Below are positions 1-13,023 of a DNA stretch of 64,000 bases, piece after piece. The notes under the pieces were generated by a model, which saw only the letters and a list, made by a program, of their open reading frames with translations, did not search any database and was not told the DNA's origin. Origin of the DNA: Squalus acanthias (Eukaryota); assembly GCA_030390025.1 (NCBI GenBank), contig CM059427.1:196726001-196790000 (forward strand), read 5' to 3'. The position numbers were made by a program, and so were the translations under genes. The first letter of the stretch is position 1. Each line of letters starts with the position of its first letter.

Positions 1-960
1 TCAAAACGTACTAGATGGCCTAAAATCATCATGTTCACCCTTCAAACTCTTTCTCATTCAGGTATAACCCTATTGACCATACTTCAGTACTCTCCATAGT
101 TTGTTTAATGTCAGTATAAATTGTCATGACTTGAAAACCAGTACTTCCAGGCTCATCTACATTCTCAATTTGCCTTACTACTAACACTATTACATTCACT
201 AGATGCTTTCAGGGTATAATATATGATCACTCCCACAACTATTTTTACTTACTTTTACAGCCTAGGCCAGTGGAGAACTTTATTTGTTTATTTTATACAG
301 GCTTACTGATACCTGTTAATATATGTATTATCTTATTTTTAATCCACATTAACATGCATATTGTATACCTCAATACAACTTCTGTAATTGGTACATGCCA
401 CTCAGAGAATAATCATCTTTCTTCCACCTCATCACCTTCTCACATACCTCTGTGTCGCTAGAAAAAGTAATAACACTACAGCACCGTGTCCATATGATTT
501 ATAAACTTTGTGAACGGTGGGAATACAAAAGGCTCCTTGAAAAAGTAACGGCTGGAAATAGCAACCAATGCTTCTAGCACTGAGCCAATTATCATTCCAC
601 CTGGACCATGTGCGATCTGATCCATGTGACTTAAACTCCAGAACCAGTCTCACTTGTGGACTGTTGTCAAATGTCCATTGAAAATCTAAGTAAACTGCAT
701 CTAATGATTTAGCTTAACTTAGTTACCTCTCAAATAATTCCAATATATTGGTAATGTGTAACCTTTCATTTCTATAACCTTTTAAGGATACCTTTGCTCC
801 CCAGCAATCATTTGTAGCATCTTACAAATGGCTATCAAGTGCTTTCTCTCATTGGATGTTGGGTGAACTGTTGTGTTATTACCAGTACAGTGCTTTACCC
901 TTTTTTTAAATATTGAAACTGCACGTTGTCCTTAGGTCCCTAGGTGCTGTATTTATAGAA
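1..960 (-). mobile_element. Ancient CR1-like LINE relic
   Basis: Reverse strand near 850-885 resembles [10 protein letters not shown]; homologous to about 5560-7130. Confidence 0.55.
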
Positions 961-2058
961 CTCGGAAAGTATTAACAGGTCTCAATTAATGTTTCATTAC
1001 GACACGTTGTGGTGATTCAGCTAAACCTACAATCTCCTGTTGTAATTCCCCACTTTGATTTTAGTTGTGCCAACGTTCATCCGTAGATTCAGGATGTGCT
1101 GATTAAAATTCAAATCCAGGAGAGAGGGTTGGCATATTGCATTAGCACACTGCCCTTTTTGCTCTCGTGCATGAGCTTCAATTCCGACCAGACGAATTGG
1201 CTGAAATGATCATCTCTCCTATTACTGGTCCCAGTCACCTACCGTAGAGTGTGATGGGGTATGAGGGAATGGCTGGAGTTGGAAAGTGCAGTCTCTCCAG
1301 AAAGGGCGAGAATTTTGCACATTTTTACGCATATGCACAGACGTCCATTCACTGGTATCTAAATATCAGTTAAAAGTGATCCAATGTAGATACCGATTCT
1401 CTGTTGACATTAATATTATTCAAAATGAATAGTTTCAAATATTGAACTGACATGAACTCAGAAATTCTGCCAATTCTCTGAAGGCCACTGAAAGAAACAA
1501 CCTGATCAGTTAGGTTATTCTGGAACGCAGATACCTCCTGATATTAAATAATTACTTCTATCTATCTGAGACCAGAACAACTTAGAAGTAAGCAACCTGT
1601 TTGCAGTACCTGGCTGCACTAATATTCTGCTGCCAAGGAATGTGTCCTGTACTTGCATGGATTTACAATATGTTCAGCTCCTTTCCAGATAGTTAAAATG
1701 CAACCGTTTAGAGAGTGGGGGACAATGTCAACACTTGCTATACATCTAAATAAACTCCAGTGGGTTTAAAAGTGTCCACAGAATCCTGTGGGCCTGCAGG
1801 ACACTTGTTCAACCCAATTGAACAGTGCATTGAGTTACCTATATTCGCAAATGAACGTAAACACATCCTGGGAGATACGACTAAATAGCGGTGACGCTGG
1901 CAGTTTGACTGGAAGTGAAATAATGCAGAAAACTGCGAATGATGCATTTAAGATATCAATCCCTTCCCCTCATTTGAATGTGCTGGATTTCCCCCCAAAA
2001 ATCTGTACATCAGAATCAAGCCTTTGAGGATTTTCACCTCATTTTAGAAGCACCTCAC

Positions 2059-4522
2059 CTCATTGCTTACAGTGTTGCTGTAATTTATAGAATTCATCAT
2101 TCCTGGATTTTCTTTCCCGTTAGATTCATTCTGACATAACGCGTGTCTGTAGAAGTCCTGCAGATGTTGGGGTTGATGAAGTCTCTCTTCGTCGACTGCA
2201 ATGTTGAACATGATTCGTAGCGGAAACTCTGAGAAAGTGGATCACCCCCGAATACCTCAACGTAGTTCGGTGGTATCTGAAGGTTTCTACTGGCCTTTTG
2301 AATTCCATTCAGAGAATTTCTTGTTTCAAAGCAATAACAAACACCCAGGGAACAGTGCTGTCCTCCTGAACCATTTCTGCTTTTATGAACCTTAACAGCC
2401 AGGATAATTAAAATAACTAGAAAAATGATAGAAATTATCCCTAAGGCGATGACCAAGGAAAGACTCATATCGGGATTGAACCCAGGATCTTCAGGTAAAG
2501 CACTCACATTAGAAAACATTTCACTATCGCTACCCACCACAGATAATACTATAGTCACAGTGGCAGAAAGGGATGGTGTTCCATTGTCTCTTACCACAAT
2601 CACCAATCTTTGCTTAGAGGCATCTTTATTCGCAATACGACGGATAGTCCAAATTTCTCCAGTGTCTAGTGAAATAGTAAAAAGGTTATGATGGGTAGCC
2701 TGAAAAATTGATAAGAAAGACGAGCATTCTGACCGGCGTCAGCATCAGTGGCCGATACCTTGGCAACCAAGTAGCCTGGTTCTGCAAGCCTGGATATTGT
2801 CTCTGTTGCTGTCGACCCGTACTCAGGCAATGGGTGCACGATCACTGGAACATTGTCATTCTGATCAAGGATAACAACATCCACTGAAACGTTGTTGGTG
2901 AGTGTTGGGACTCCAGAGTCCTGAACCTGAACTTGGATCTGAAAGTTTTTCAGTTGCTCGTAGTCAAAAGATCTCTGAGCAAATATGACACCACTCTCTG
3001 AGTTTATAGCGACATAACTGGTTACTGAGGTGCCCTGAACTTGAGTGTCCAGGATAGAATAGTTCAGTCGAGCGTTCTGCACTACATCTGGATCGACGGC
3101 TGTCACTGAGAATATAGAAGTCCCAATAACATTGTTCTCCATCACGTTTGCCGTGTATAAATGCTGCGTAAACCTTGGTGCGTTGTCATTTATATCGGAA
3201 ACCTCTACCCGAATGGTTTTCTTGGATGTGAGAGGAGGGTTTCCTGCATCCCGGCATGTTATGGTAACGTCATACCTGGAGATTTGTTCGCGGTCCAGTA
3301 GATGCTGAATCAGCAGTCTATAATAGTTCTTCAAAGATGAATCTAATTTAAAGGGCAGTTTACTTGAGATTTGACATTGTACCTGCCCGTTTAGACCCGA
3401 ATCTTTGTCTGCTGCACTGAACAGAGCCACTACAGTCCCAAGCGGAGCATCTTCGGAAACTGTACTTGACAAAGACCTCAACATGACCTCAGGTGCGTTA
3501 TCATTCACATCAATAATGTCCACCAACACATCACAGTGCTCAGGAACTGCGTCAGAGCCCTTGTCCGTTGCTTGTATGTTAATCTCAAATGCACTGATTT
3601 CTTCATAGTCCAAATTCCCTTTCACTCTGATTTCACCAGTTTTAGAATCCACGTCAAATAGTTCACGGACTTTAGCGGAAGTATGGCTACTGAGCGAGTA
3701 TATTATCTCCCCATTAGGACCATCGTCCAAGTCAGTGGCGTTTAATGTGATTATCAGGGTTCCTGTGGGTGCACTTTCCAACAGGCTGACCCTATAAACC
3801 GACTGGGGGAAAACCGGCGCGTTGTCGTTCGTATCCTTTACTATGATTGTAACTTGAACAGTGCCCGATCTTACAGGGACCCCGCCGTCCATGGCTATTA
3901 GCTTTAGCCTGTGGGTGGATTCAGTTTCTCTATCCAAGGAACTCTGTAACACCAATACTGGAAACTTTCCTTTCCCACTGCGCATTTTTAGATCGAGAAT
4001 AAAATAATCGTTCGGGAGGAGCTGGTAGGTTTGTACTGAGTTGGTTCCAATGTCCGGATCGTGCGTGGACTCGAGGGGGAAGCGCGCTCCCGGCGCAGCA
4101 AGCTCGGAGATTTCAAGGCGGAGCTCGTCCTTTGCAAAACTGGGAGCATTGTCATTTACATCGAGAATCTCCACTTCAACCTGGTACAGACTGAGGGGAT
4201 TTTCAAGCACAGCATCCAAGGTTAACACACAAGTCAGGCTCGTCCCGCAAATCTGTTCTCTGTCAATTTTATCCTTGATAAACAAAATTCCATTGTCTAA
4301 ATTTACGTCCACATACTGTTCGCTGGGCCCGGCCACAATCCGCAAACTGCGAGCCGAGAGCTGCTTTACATCTAAACCCAAATCGGCGGCGATATTCCCA
4401 ACAAAGGCGCCCAGTTGCAGTTCTTCAGGAATCGAATAGCGAATCTGCCCAGAAACTAGGTTCCATGAGAATACCCAGAACAATAGTTGGCATTTCAGCA
4501 ACCAATATATTTTAAATCTCAT
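2059..4522 (-). CDS. Clustered protocadherin variable exon V1 (EC1-EC6, TM, variable cytoplasmic part); two 1-bp frameshifts near 2705 and 2130
   Basis: ORFs 2666..4528 and 2097..2606 give QIRYSIPEE, DRE, DxNDNxP, AxDxG motifs, a TM helix and NYVEVFGGDPLSQ. First in-frame ATG 4522 (ORF track start is TTG). Adding one A at CAA(A)TTTTT and at AGA(A)ATGAA restores a frame ending ..TVSNE at donor GAG|GTGAGG (GT 2058-2057). Either a young pseudogene or sequence error. Confidence 0.9.
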
Positions 4523-4559
4523 TTCCAACGTAAAACATTCCAGTTTGCTCAGTACGAGA

Positions 4560-4940
4560 CCGCACCATTCATTATTCTTGTAACAGTTATTTGAATTTTT
4601 TAACTTGAATAACTACGATGTACCAAATACCTGCACGTTTTGTGAATCGCTCGGCTTATTTCATTTAAATCTCCTCATTTTGACTAAAATTGCCACTGGA
4701 TTCTTGCACAAATCCTTCGGAGCTGCTCGCTATCCAATGTTACAGTGCGTCTGATCTTACGTGATGGTGTCTGGGTTGTGAAGGGGGCAGGCCGGATCAC
4801 CAGTCATATCTCAGCTTCTGATTGGTGAACAGAGGCATATTGAAATTCAACCAATCAGAATACTCTTCATTTCTTAAAGCTGGAAGGTCTCAAACCAGCG
4901 CAGAATATTTATATTTATTGTTGCACAATTAAAAATGGAA
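4560..4940 (-). promoter_or_regulatory. V1 promoter (CSE-like 4726-4740, bZIP-like TTACGTGA, G-rich box, inverted CCAAT pair 4821/4851)
   Basis: Motif blocks conserved in order and spacing upstream of every variable exon. Confidence 0.8.
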
Positions 4941-5807
4941 ATAAGCTTTATTTTACTATTGTGGACATTTCTGTCTATTGCGAAAACTTAGCTCGAGATC
5001 GTAACTACAAGGAATATCTAACAGAACAGCTATTGAGAATCTGCCATAGAAAAATAAAAGCATAAATCTTCGGGAGCATTAATTCAATTCCATTCATAAT
5101 CCATGTCTGATTATTGAACCATGCTTTTCCAACCTCTACCACCTGCTAATTCCTACTGAAGGAAGCCTTAATTATTTCCCCATCCTCCCATAAAACCTAT
5201 CAATAGGCACTATTAAGATTTACATCATCCGTTCTTCTCTCATCCAAACGGATAACCATCCAACCGCCTTATAATTGTGCTTTTTGACCTCAAATCAACT
5301 TTCTCTGCCCCACCCAACCACTAACTTGTGAAACAAATGTTGTTTTCTAATCTCTAAACTTGCTTGAATCTTGAGAATTTTATTCTTAATTCCTCTCGTC
5401 TTACACTCTGGTCTAAGTTAAGTAGCTGGTCATCTTCAAATTAGCTTATTACGTTCAATATTTTAAAGGCTTCTGTGCATTACCCCTCAATGCAGTTCCC
5501 TAAGCCTTTGGGTAAAACTTAATCCCCGAAATTCTAAAATCACCATGGTCACACTTTAAACTCTTTTTTAAATGCAGGCATGATCTTTTAGAGATAGAGT
5601 GATCATAACTGCAGACCATACTCCAGAACTAGTCATATGGTTAATTTGTACAATTTTAGCATAATTTGTTATGACTTCAAAACCACTTCCGCATGCTCCA
5701 TTTGTCTTACGCCTCACTCTTTTACTAGATGCTTTTACTACACTCTGACTAGATGCTTTCAGGTTAGGATCAATGATCACTCCTATATCTATGTTTTTCT
5801 TGTTTAG

Positions 5808-6278
5808 AGTGTCAGCTATGGTTCAGTGGGTAGCACGCTCAACTCTGAGTCAGAAAGTTGTGAGTTCAAGTCCCACTCAGGGACTTGAGCACAAAAATCA
5901 AGGCTGACACTCCAGTGCAGTGCTGAGGGAGTGCTGCACTGTCGGAGGTGCCGTCTTTTGGATGAGACGTTAAACCGAGGCCCCGTCTGCTCTCTCAGGT
6001 GGACTTAAAAGATCCCATGGCACTATTTCGAAGAAGAGCAGCAGAGTTATCCCGGTGTCCTGGCCAATATTTATCCCTCAATGAACATAACAAAAACAGA
6101 TTATCTGGTCATTATCACATTGCTCTTTGTGGGAGCTTGCTATGCACAAATTGGCTGCCGCGTTTCCTACATTACAACTGTGACTCCACCCCAGAAGTAC
6201 TTCATTGGTTGTAAAGCGCTTTGAGACGTTCGGTGGTCGTGAAAGGCGCTATATAAATGTAGTCTTTCTTTCTTTTTC
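5808..6278 (+). mobile_element. tRNA-derived Deu-domain SINE (SacSINE1-like), near full length
   Basis: A box tggttcagtggg, B box gagttcaagtccc, Deu core ggatgagacgttaaaccgaggccccgtctg, tail aaaggcgctatataaatg..tctttctttc. Confidence 0.85.
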
Positions 6279-6608
6279 TTGTACTTAGGCTTACTGATAC
6301 TGTTCATATATGTATTATTTAACTTTGTTCCTCATCTTTCATACTTTAAACCCATGTTTTAAATTCACATTAACAAGCACAATTCATACCTCAACGCAAC
6401 TTTTGCAATTGGTAGATGTCACTCTAAAAATAATCAAGTTTCTTTCAACTCACGACCTGCCCACACACCGTTGTGACACTGGGAACAATGATAACACTAC
6501 TAAACCTTGTCCACGTGATTTACAAACAGTGTACAGTGGAGATCGTAGAAAATATCCTTGTACAATACACCTGTAAACAGTTCGCACCGACCTCTGTCTT
6601 ATGGCACT

Positions 6609-6745
6609 AAGCCATAAATTGACCCTTAGTGTTAGGGGGATTAAATACGTGGGTTCCGGGGATAGGGTGGGATATGTGTCGGTGCAGTCTCGATGGGCCG
6701 AAATGGCCTCTATCTGCATTGTGGGGATTCTGTGAATTCTGTGAA
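6609..6745 (+). mobile_element. HE1-like SINE 3' fragment
   Basis: taaattgacccttagtg..gtcggtgcagtctcgatgggccgaaatggcctc..attctgtgaattctgtgaa; absent from the paralogous site near 585. Confidence 0.6.
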
Positions 6746-7114
6746 AGTCAGTTCTCATTCCATCTAGATAATGTGCAGCTTATTCCAGGAGCCTTAAACG
6801 CTCCTATCAATCTCACTTCCGGACTGTTGGCAAACTTTGCAGACTGTTGAAAATGTAAATAAAAGACATCTAATGATTTACCTTAGTTTAGTTGCCTCTC
6901 AAATAATTCCGTTACATTCGTAGGGTGCAGCCTATCATTTCTAAAACCTTCTTAGAATACCTGTGATCCCCAGCTGTCAGCTGTAGCATCCTGCAAAAGG
7001 TTCTCGAGTATTTTCCAACATTGGATGTTAGGCCAACTGGTGTGTTGTTACCAGTGCGACGCTTTACTTCCTTTTTGAATATTAAAACTGCATATCTTGT
7101 TCCTTCCTAGGTGC

Positions 7115-7186
7115 TCTAATTATAGGTGCTCTATCGAACTCTGAAAAATATCTAATTATAGGTGCTCTATCGAACTCTGAAAAATA
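7115..7186. repeat. Perfect 2 x 36-bp tandem duplication
   Basis: tctaattataggtgctctatcgaactctgaaaaata at 7115-7150 and 7151-7186. Confidence 0.95.
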
Positions 7187-9096
7187 TTAACAGGTCTCAA
7201 TGAGTAGTTCATTGTGACACGTTATGGTGGTTCAGCTAAACCTCCCACTCTCCTGGTGTAATTGCGCACTTCGATGCTATTTAGGTAAACGTTCGACCGT
7301 CGAGTCAACGTGTGCTGAATAAAATTCAAATCCCGGAGAGAAGGTTGGCACACTGCATTGGCACACTGTCCTTTAAGACCTTGGTCATGGGTTTGAATGG
7401 AGCCCCGACTAATTGGATGGAATTACCATTATTTTTGCTGTTAGGGGCCAGATATGACAGGTACCAATCTTCTATTGTATCGCTGGAGCGCTGGGAAGCT
7501 GATTGGAGTTGGACTGTGGTCTCCTGTGCACTCGCTGCAGAATCGGCGAGATTTTTACACCTATTTACGCACGTGGAGAGAACTCCATTCAATAGTTTCT
7601 AAGCTCCAGTCAGAAGAGATCAGACGAAGCCGCCGATTCTCTGTTGACATTAAAAAGTTTAAAAATGAATATTTTTTTTGAAATTGACTTGACACCGCAA
7701 CTCGGCTTAAATGAAATTTGTGTGAAGCTCAATGATACAAGATGACCTGATCAATTTAGCGCGCTCTGGAATCAGCTCACCCGCCGATACTCGGTGTTTT
7801 ATTGTTGGATTTCAGTTGACGCATATCCAAAACAGCTGTTGCTCACAACCAAAATAGTAGTTAAAATCGTTCATAGCGGTCTCTCAGCACCGTTTCTTGG
7901 TAGGCTATTGTGGCCCCACAGGTACAACTGACCTGTTTTGCTGCGAGGCTGAGCTAACGCACAGCAGGCGCAGATTGGAACTTTGTTTATCGCACGTTTT
8001 GGATTTTAAACGTTGAAATTGCATTGAATTGCATAAAAAATTACAAAACGGCAACAGGCTGTTCGGCCCAATCAATCCTTGCTGAATAAGGAGTGATCTC
8101 ACACCACTACAGCTTTAGAGGTGTGGCATAGCAACTGCTATAGGTGCCCACCCAATTTCATTACACATCTTATTTTTTTACTGTTAGCCGGAGGGTAGGC
8201 TGTTCCTTATGCTCTCTGCTAACATTATTGAATGAAAATGTTAGCCACAAGTCATTGAGCAGCGTACATGTGTGTAAACCCCCATACCGAGCTCAACTTT
8301 CCCTGAAAGGACAACAATATGGAACTGGCATTACATCAGCTGGCTACTCATCACTTTAAGTTGGCGACTGTTACAAATCAGTTCCTGCCGTCTAACTGCA
8401 CCCTTGCGCTTCATTTCGCGGGGCTACAGTAGAGCTGGCAATGCATGATTATGGTATTAGGTCCCTAAAATGTAGGGCACCCATTCCTCGCCTTGATGAC
8501 CACAAAAAAGTGAACTAAAATAACTTAAAACAGCTCCAGTTTTTAATTTCCCTCCTATCACCCCCATCACTCATTAGAAGTAACATAAACTGTTAATCGA
8601 GGTACTCTTACTCAAGCTGGCATTTCTGAATTCCCCCACATTAATTATGGACACTTCACCTTATCTTTAATGGAGTTCGACTTGAACCCAGTTCGAGCAG
8701 GATCAAATAAATAGGTGGCAGCTGGAAATCTATCCTGGCTTCTACATTCTCTGAGATATGATTTATGGATCGCTGTTACGCTTAACGACGTAATGATGTC
8801 ATTGCACGTAACAGTAGCACGCACTGTGTGCATTCAAATGAACTGGGTGGAGGAAGAAGGAGGGGGTTGGAGAGAGGGGCTGAATTACGAATCTAAAAAG
8901 CTGCAATTACTAGCTGTACAACACACTTAGCGCATTCTGAAACACTGCCTTGAGGCTGGATTGGGCATGTTAACTGTAAAAAAAAAAAAAATTCTTAGAA
9001 ATCCATAAGAGAGCACCCAATCTTGTGCTGCTATGTTTTGCTGGTTACCTGTGGACCCAAAGCAAACCCGTGCGTTGTTCATTACCAATACCTCAC

Positions 9097-11568
9097 CTCA
9101 CTATTTACAGTGCTCCTATTGTTTGCAGACTTTGTTTTCAGTGGGGTTTCTTCTTTTCCCGTTGTTTCGCTGTTGAAGTAATTCTTCCCCGAGGATGAAG
9201 GGCACAGTTCGGGAAACAGGACTTCCCTCTTGGTCGAATTTAAAGTCGAACACGTCTCGTAGCGGAAGCTTTGGGAAAGTGGATCTCCTCCAAATACCTC
9301 AACGTAGTTAGGAGGGATCTGAATGTTGCGGCTGGCTTTTTGAATCCCATTCAGCGAATTCCTTGCTTGAAAACAGCAGCACATCTCCACATAACAACTG
9401 CGATCGTCAAAACCATGTCTGCGCTTATGGACCTTGAAAGCCAGCATAATTAAAACCACTAGAAAAATCGACGAGATTATCCCTAAAGATACGACTAAGT
9501 AAAGACTTATGTCAGAAGTTAACCCAGAATTATCAGACAAAGTACTTGAATCCGATAACATTTCTGTATCGCCCTCCACGACTGACAAGACGATAGTCAC
9601 TGTGGCGGATAGGGATGGTGTTCCGTTATCCTTGACCAAGATCAGCAACCTTTGCTTTCTGCCATCCTTGTTCACCATACGACGGGTTGTCCAGATTTCG
9701 CCAGTGTCGGTTGAAATAGTAAAAAGGTCAGGATCTGTAGCCTGCCGAATCTGATAGGAAAGCTGCGCGTTTCGGCCAGTGTCCGCGTCGGTGGCCGAGA
9801 CCTTAGCAACCAGGTATCCAGGTTCAGCGAAGCGGGACACTGTCTCCATTACCGCTGAACCAAACTCGGGTAATGGATGAACGATCACTGGGGCATTGTC
9901 ATTCTGATCAAGGATAAAAAAATCCACCGAAACTTTGCTGGCGAGTGGTGGGACTCCAGAGTCCTGGACCTGAACTTGGATCTGAAATTGTTTCAAGCGC
10001 TCGTAGTCAAAAGATCGCTGAGAAAATATGACACCACTCTCTGAGTTAATATAGACATAAGAGGACGGTAGTGCGCCCTGAATCTGAGTCCCCAGGATAG
10101 AGTAGGAAAGTCGAGCATTCTGGTTTAAATCTGAATCAAAGGCTGTCACTTGGAAAATAGAAGTCCCAATAATATTGTTCTCCATCACGTAAGCGGTATA
10201 GGAAGGCTGCGTAAAGCGTGGCGAGTTGTCATTGATATCGGAAACCTCCACCAGAATTGTTTTGTTGGATGTTAGCGGAGGTTTCCCTGCGTCGCTGCAT
10301 GCGACAGTAACATCGTACTTTGAGATATTTTCACGGTCCAGCAGCCGCTGCGTAAGCAGTCTATAATAGCTCTTTAAAGATAAGTCTAGCTTGAAGGGGA
10401 GGCCATTTGCGATTTCACATTGCACTTGCCCATTTTCTCCAGAATCTTTGTCCGCTGCGCTGATCAGGGCAACTACGGTTCCAGGCGGAGCATCTTCACT
10501 AACTGGGCTAGACAAAGAAGTCAGGGTCACTTCAGGGGCGTTATCATTCACGTCAATAATATGCACCACAACATCACAATAGACGGGGATTGCGGTAGGA
10601 CCTTTGTCGACTGCTTGCACGCTAATGGCGAATACATTGCTTTCTTCATAGTCCAGAGGTCCTTCAACTACGATTTCACCAGTTTTCGAATCCACACTAA
10701 ACAGCTGAGGCACTCTAACCGCTGTTCGGCTGCTGAAGGCGTATTCTATTTCTCCGTTGGAACCAGCATCCAAATCCGTAGCATTTAACCTGATTACCAG
10801 AGTTCCTTTAGGTGCATTTTCTAACAGCGTGACCCTATAAACCGACTGGGGGAAAACAGGCGCGTTGTCGTTTGCGTCCTGAGCCACCACGGTGACCTGA
10901 GCAGTGCCTGACCTTTCCGGAGATCCGCCGTCCTTGGCAATTAGCACTAACCTGTGGGCCGATTGCTTTTCTCTATCCAGGGATCGTTCCAATACCAGAA
11001 TTGGAAACACCCCCACTCCACTGCGCGTCTGGACATCCAGAGTGAAATAATCGTTCGGGAGGAGCTGGTAGGTTTGTACGGAGTTGATTCCTACGTCCGG
11101 ATCGTGCGCGGACTCGAGGGGGAAGCGCGCTCCCGGCGCAGCAAGCTCCGAGATTTCAAGGCGGAACTGACTCTTTGGAAATCTGGGAGCATTGTCATTT
11201 ACATCGAGAATCTCCACTTCAACGTGGTACAGATTGAGGGGGGTTTGAATCACAGCCTCCAAGGATAGCACGCAAGTGAGGCTCGGCCCACAAAGCTCTT
11301 CCCTGTCTATTTTTTCCCTCACAAAGAGAATCCCATTGTCTAAGTTTACGTCCAAATACTGTTTGCTGGCACCGGCCACAATCCGCAAACTGCGAGCCGA
11401 GAGCTGCTTTAAATCTAAACCCAAATCGGCGGCGATATTCCCAACAAAGGCCCCCAGTTGCAGCTCTTCAGGAATCGAATAACGAATCTGCCCAGAAACT
11501 AGATCCCATGAAGACAATATGTAGAACAATAGTTTCCATTTTAGCAACCAAATTATTTTATATCTCAT
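9097..11568 (-). CDS. Clustered protocadherin variable exon V2, intact
   Basis: 830-aa ORF 9082..11574 with signal peptide, six cadherin repeats, TM; ATG 11568; donor GAG|GTGAGG with GT at 9096-9095. Confidence 0.96.
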
Positions 11569-11599
11569 TTCCACACTGAATCATTCCAATGGTTTCAGC

Positions 11600-11985
11600 A
11601 CCAGACGGCTCCGTACATAATTCCTGTAACAGTTATTTAACTATCGTTTCTTAACTCGAAGGACGTATTGTGCAACAGTACCTGTGCTTGTTTTGAGAAT
11701 CGCCGAGATTATTTCACTTAAATCGTCTCATTTCGTCTAAAATTGCCGGCGATAGATTGCGCTGCAGCTCGCCATCCAGTCTTACACTGGTCTGCTGTTA
11801 CGTGATGGAGGATGGGAAAGGAACGGGGGCAGTCCGGATCACCAATCACAGTTAAGCTTCTGATTGGCCATCAGACGAACAGTGGTATTCAACCAATCAG
11901 AATACAGCTCATTTCTTAAAGCGACGATGTCTTCTTATTCCCTCGCAGCATATTTACATTTATTGTTGTACAATTAAAAATTAAA
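11600..11985 (-). promoter_or_regulatory. V2 promoter (CSE-like 11768-11782; CCAAT boxes 11842, 11863, 11893)
   Basis: Same motif array as V1. Confidence 0.8.
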
Positions 11986-12764
11986 AGAAGTATTTAATTT
12001 GGTAGTTTGGTCAATTTTTACCGTCTTTGCTAAAGCCTGATCTATACTACAGTTTCACAGCCGATCTTAAATGTCTGCTGACCAGAACTACCGATAAAAT
12101 TCACGTTGCAATGAATGTGTCATTGTGGGACTGTGCTGGGTTGCGGCCACGCCCCCAATTGCCTGCATAATCGTTCATTAAATTCAATAATTTCACTGTA
12201 ATATTGTTTCTGGTAACTTATTTTTTGACTCAACGCATGATTAATAAATTCTAATTCTAGGGCGACTGGGTGGTGCAACGGGTTAGCACACAGTTTTTCG
12301 GTTTCTGGCTAAGATATGACTCCAGCATATGCTGATTAGATGTAAGGCACCAGTCATACGATAGTTATCAGAATTATGCCATACTTTTAGAATACAATGG
12401 GAGGGGAAAACTTAGATCATAATTGCATTGCTGCCTCCCTTGTTGCTCTGGTCCAACATTAACCGAGTTCTGTGTATCTCTGAATGCACACATGGGTCGA
12501 ATCTCACTCATTGACCTCGGCATAGTTGTTGACTTGGACGTTAGGGTCCAGGAGGACTCGATTATTGTTAGTAAAATTATTCAAAATTACATTTGAAATT
12601 TGGCTTGATACTGGAAAGTAGTTTTTCAGCAGTCTAAATGAAGCTTAATGGTAAAGGTTACCTCTTTGTTTTAGTGTTGTTTGCAGTAATTCGTCCAGCT
12701 GACTTCAGAATTTTACTCGACGCTTACGCTACATGTACATCTGAAGCTGTGTCTCATTTAGACC

Positions 12765-13023
12765 CTGGCCGTGCCTTGTGCTGCCTAGGCCCTAGGCCTT
12801 GGAATTCCCTGCTTAAACCTGTCCGCCTTGCTACCTCTCTTTCCTCCTTTAAGACGCTCGTTATAACCTACCTCTTTAACGAAGCTTTTGGTCATCTGCC
12901 CTAATTTATCCTTCTGTGAATCGGTGTCAAATTTTTTGTCTTAAAATACTCCTGTGCAGCGCCTTGGGACGTTTTACTACGTTAAAGGCGCTATATAAAT
13001 ACAAGTTGTTGTTGTTGTTGTTG
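12765..13023 (+). mobile_element. L2-like LINE 3' end
   Basis: GRA..LGP..WNSL..R..TSLSSFKTL..TYLF C-terminal motif followed by aaaggcgctatataaatacaag(ttg)n. Confidence 0.75.

Larger units (their letters stand above)
5250..7130 (-). mobile_element. Ancient CR1-like LINE relic interrupted by two SINEs
   Basis: Reverse strand at 7020-7055 reads GNNTPVGLTS (cf. [10 protein letters not shown]); further decayed RT remnants; boundaries approximate. Confidence 0.55.

Noticed and set aside
1-2040. Constant exons of the cluster
   Set aside because: No reading frame with Pcdh constant-region motifs found; the region is LINE/SINE relic and duplicated intron
4395-4420. cccaacaaaggcgcccag in EC1 as an exonic CTCF site
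   Set aside because: Poor spacing versus the CTCF core and fully explained by conserved LGAFVG codons
5815-5880. tRNA gene
   Set aside because: A and B boxes belong to a SINE head followed by Deu core and tail; no complete cloverleaf
7115-7186. 36-bp repeat as a CRISPR-like array
   Set aside because: Two directly adjacent copies with no spacer in eukaryotic DNA; simple tandem duplication
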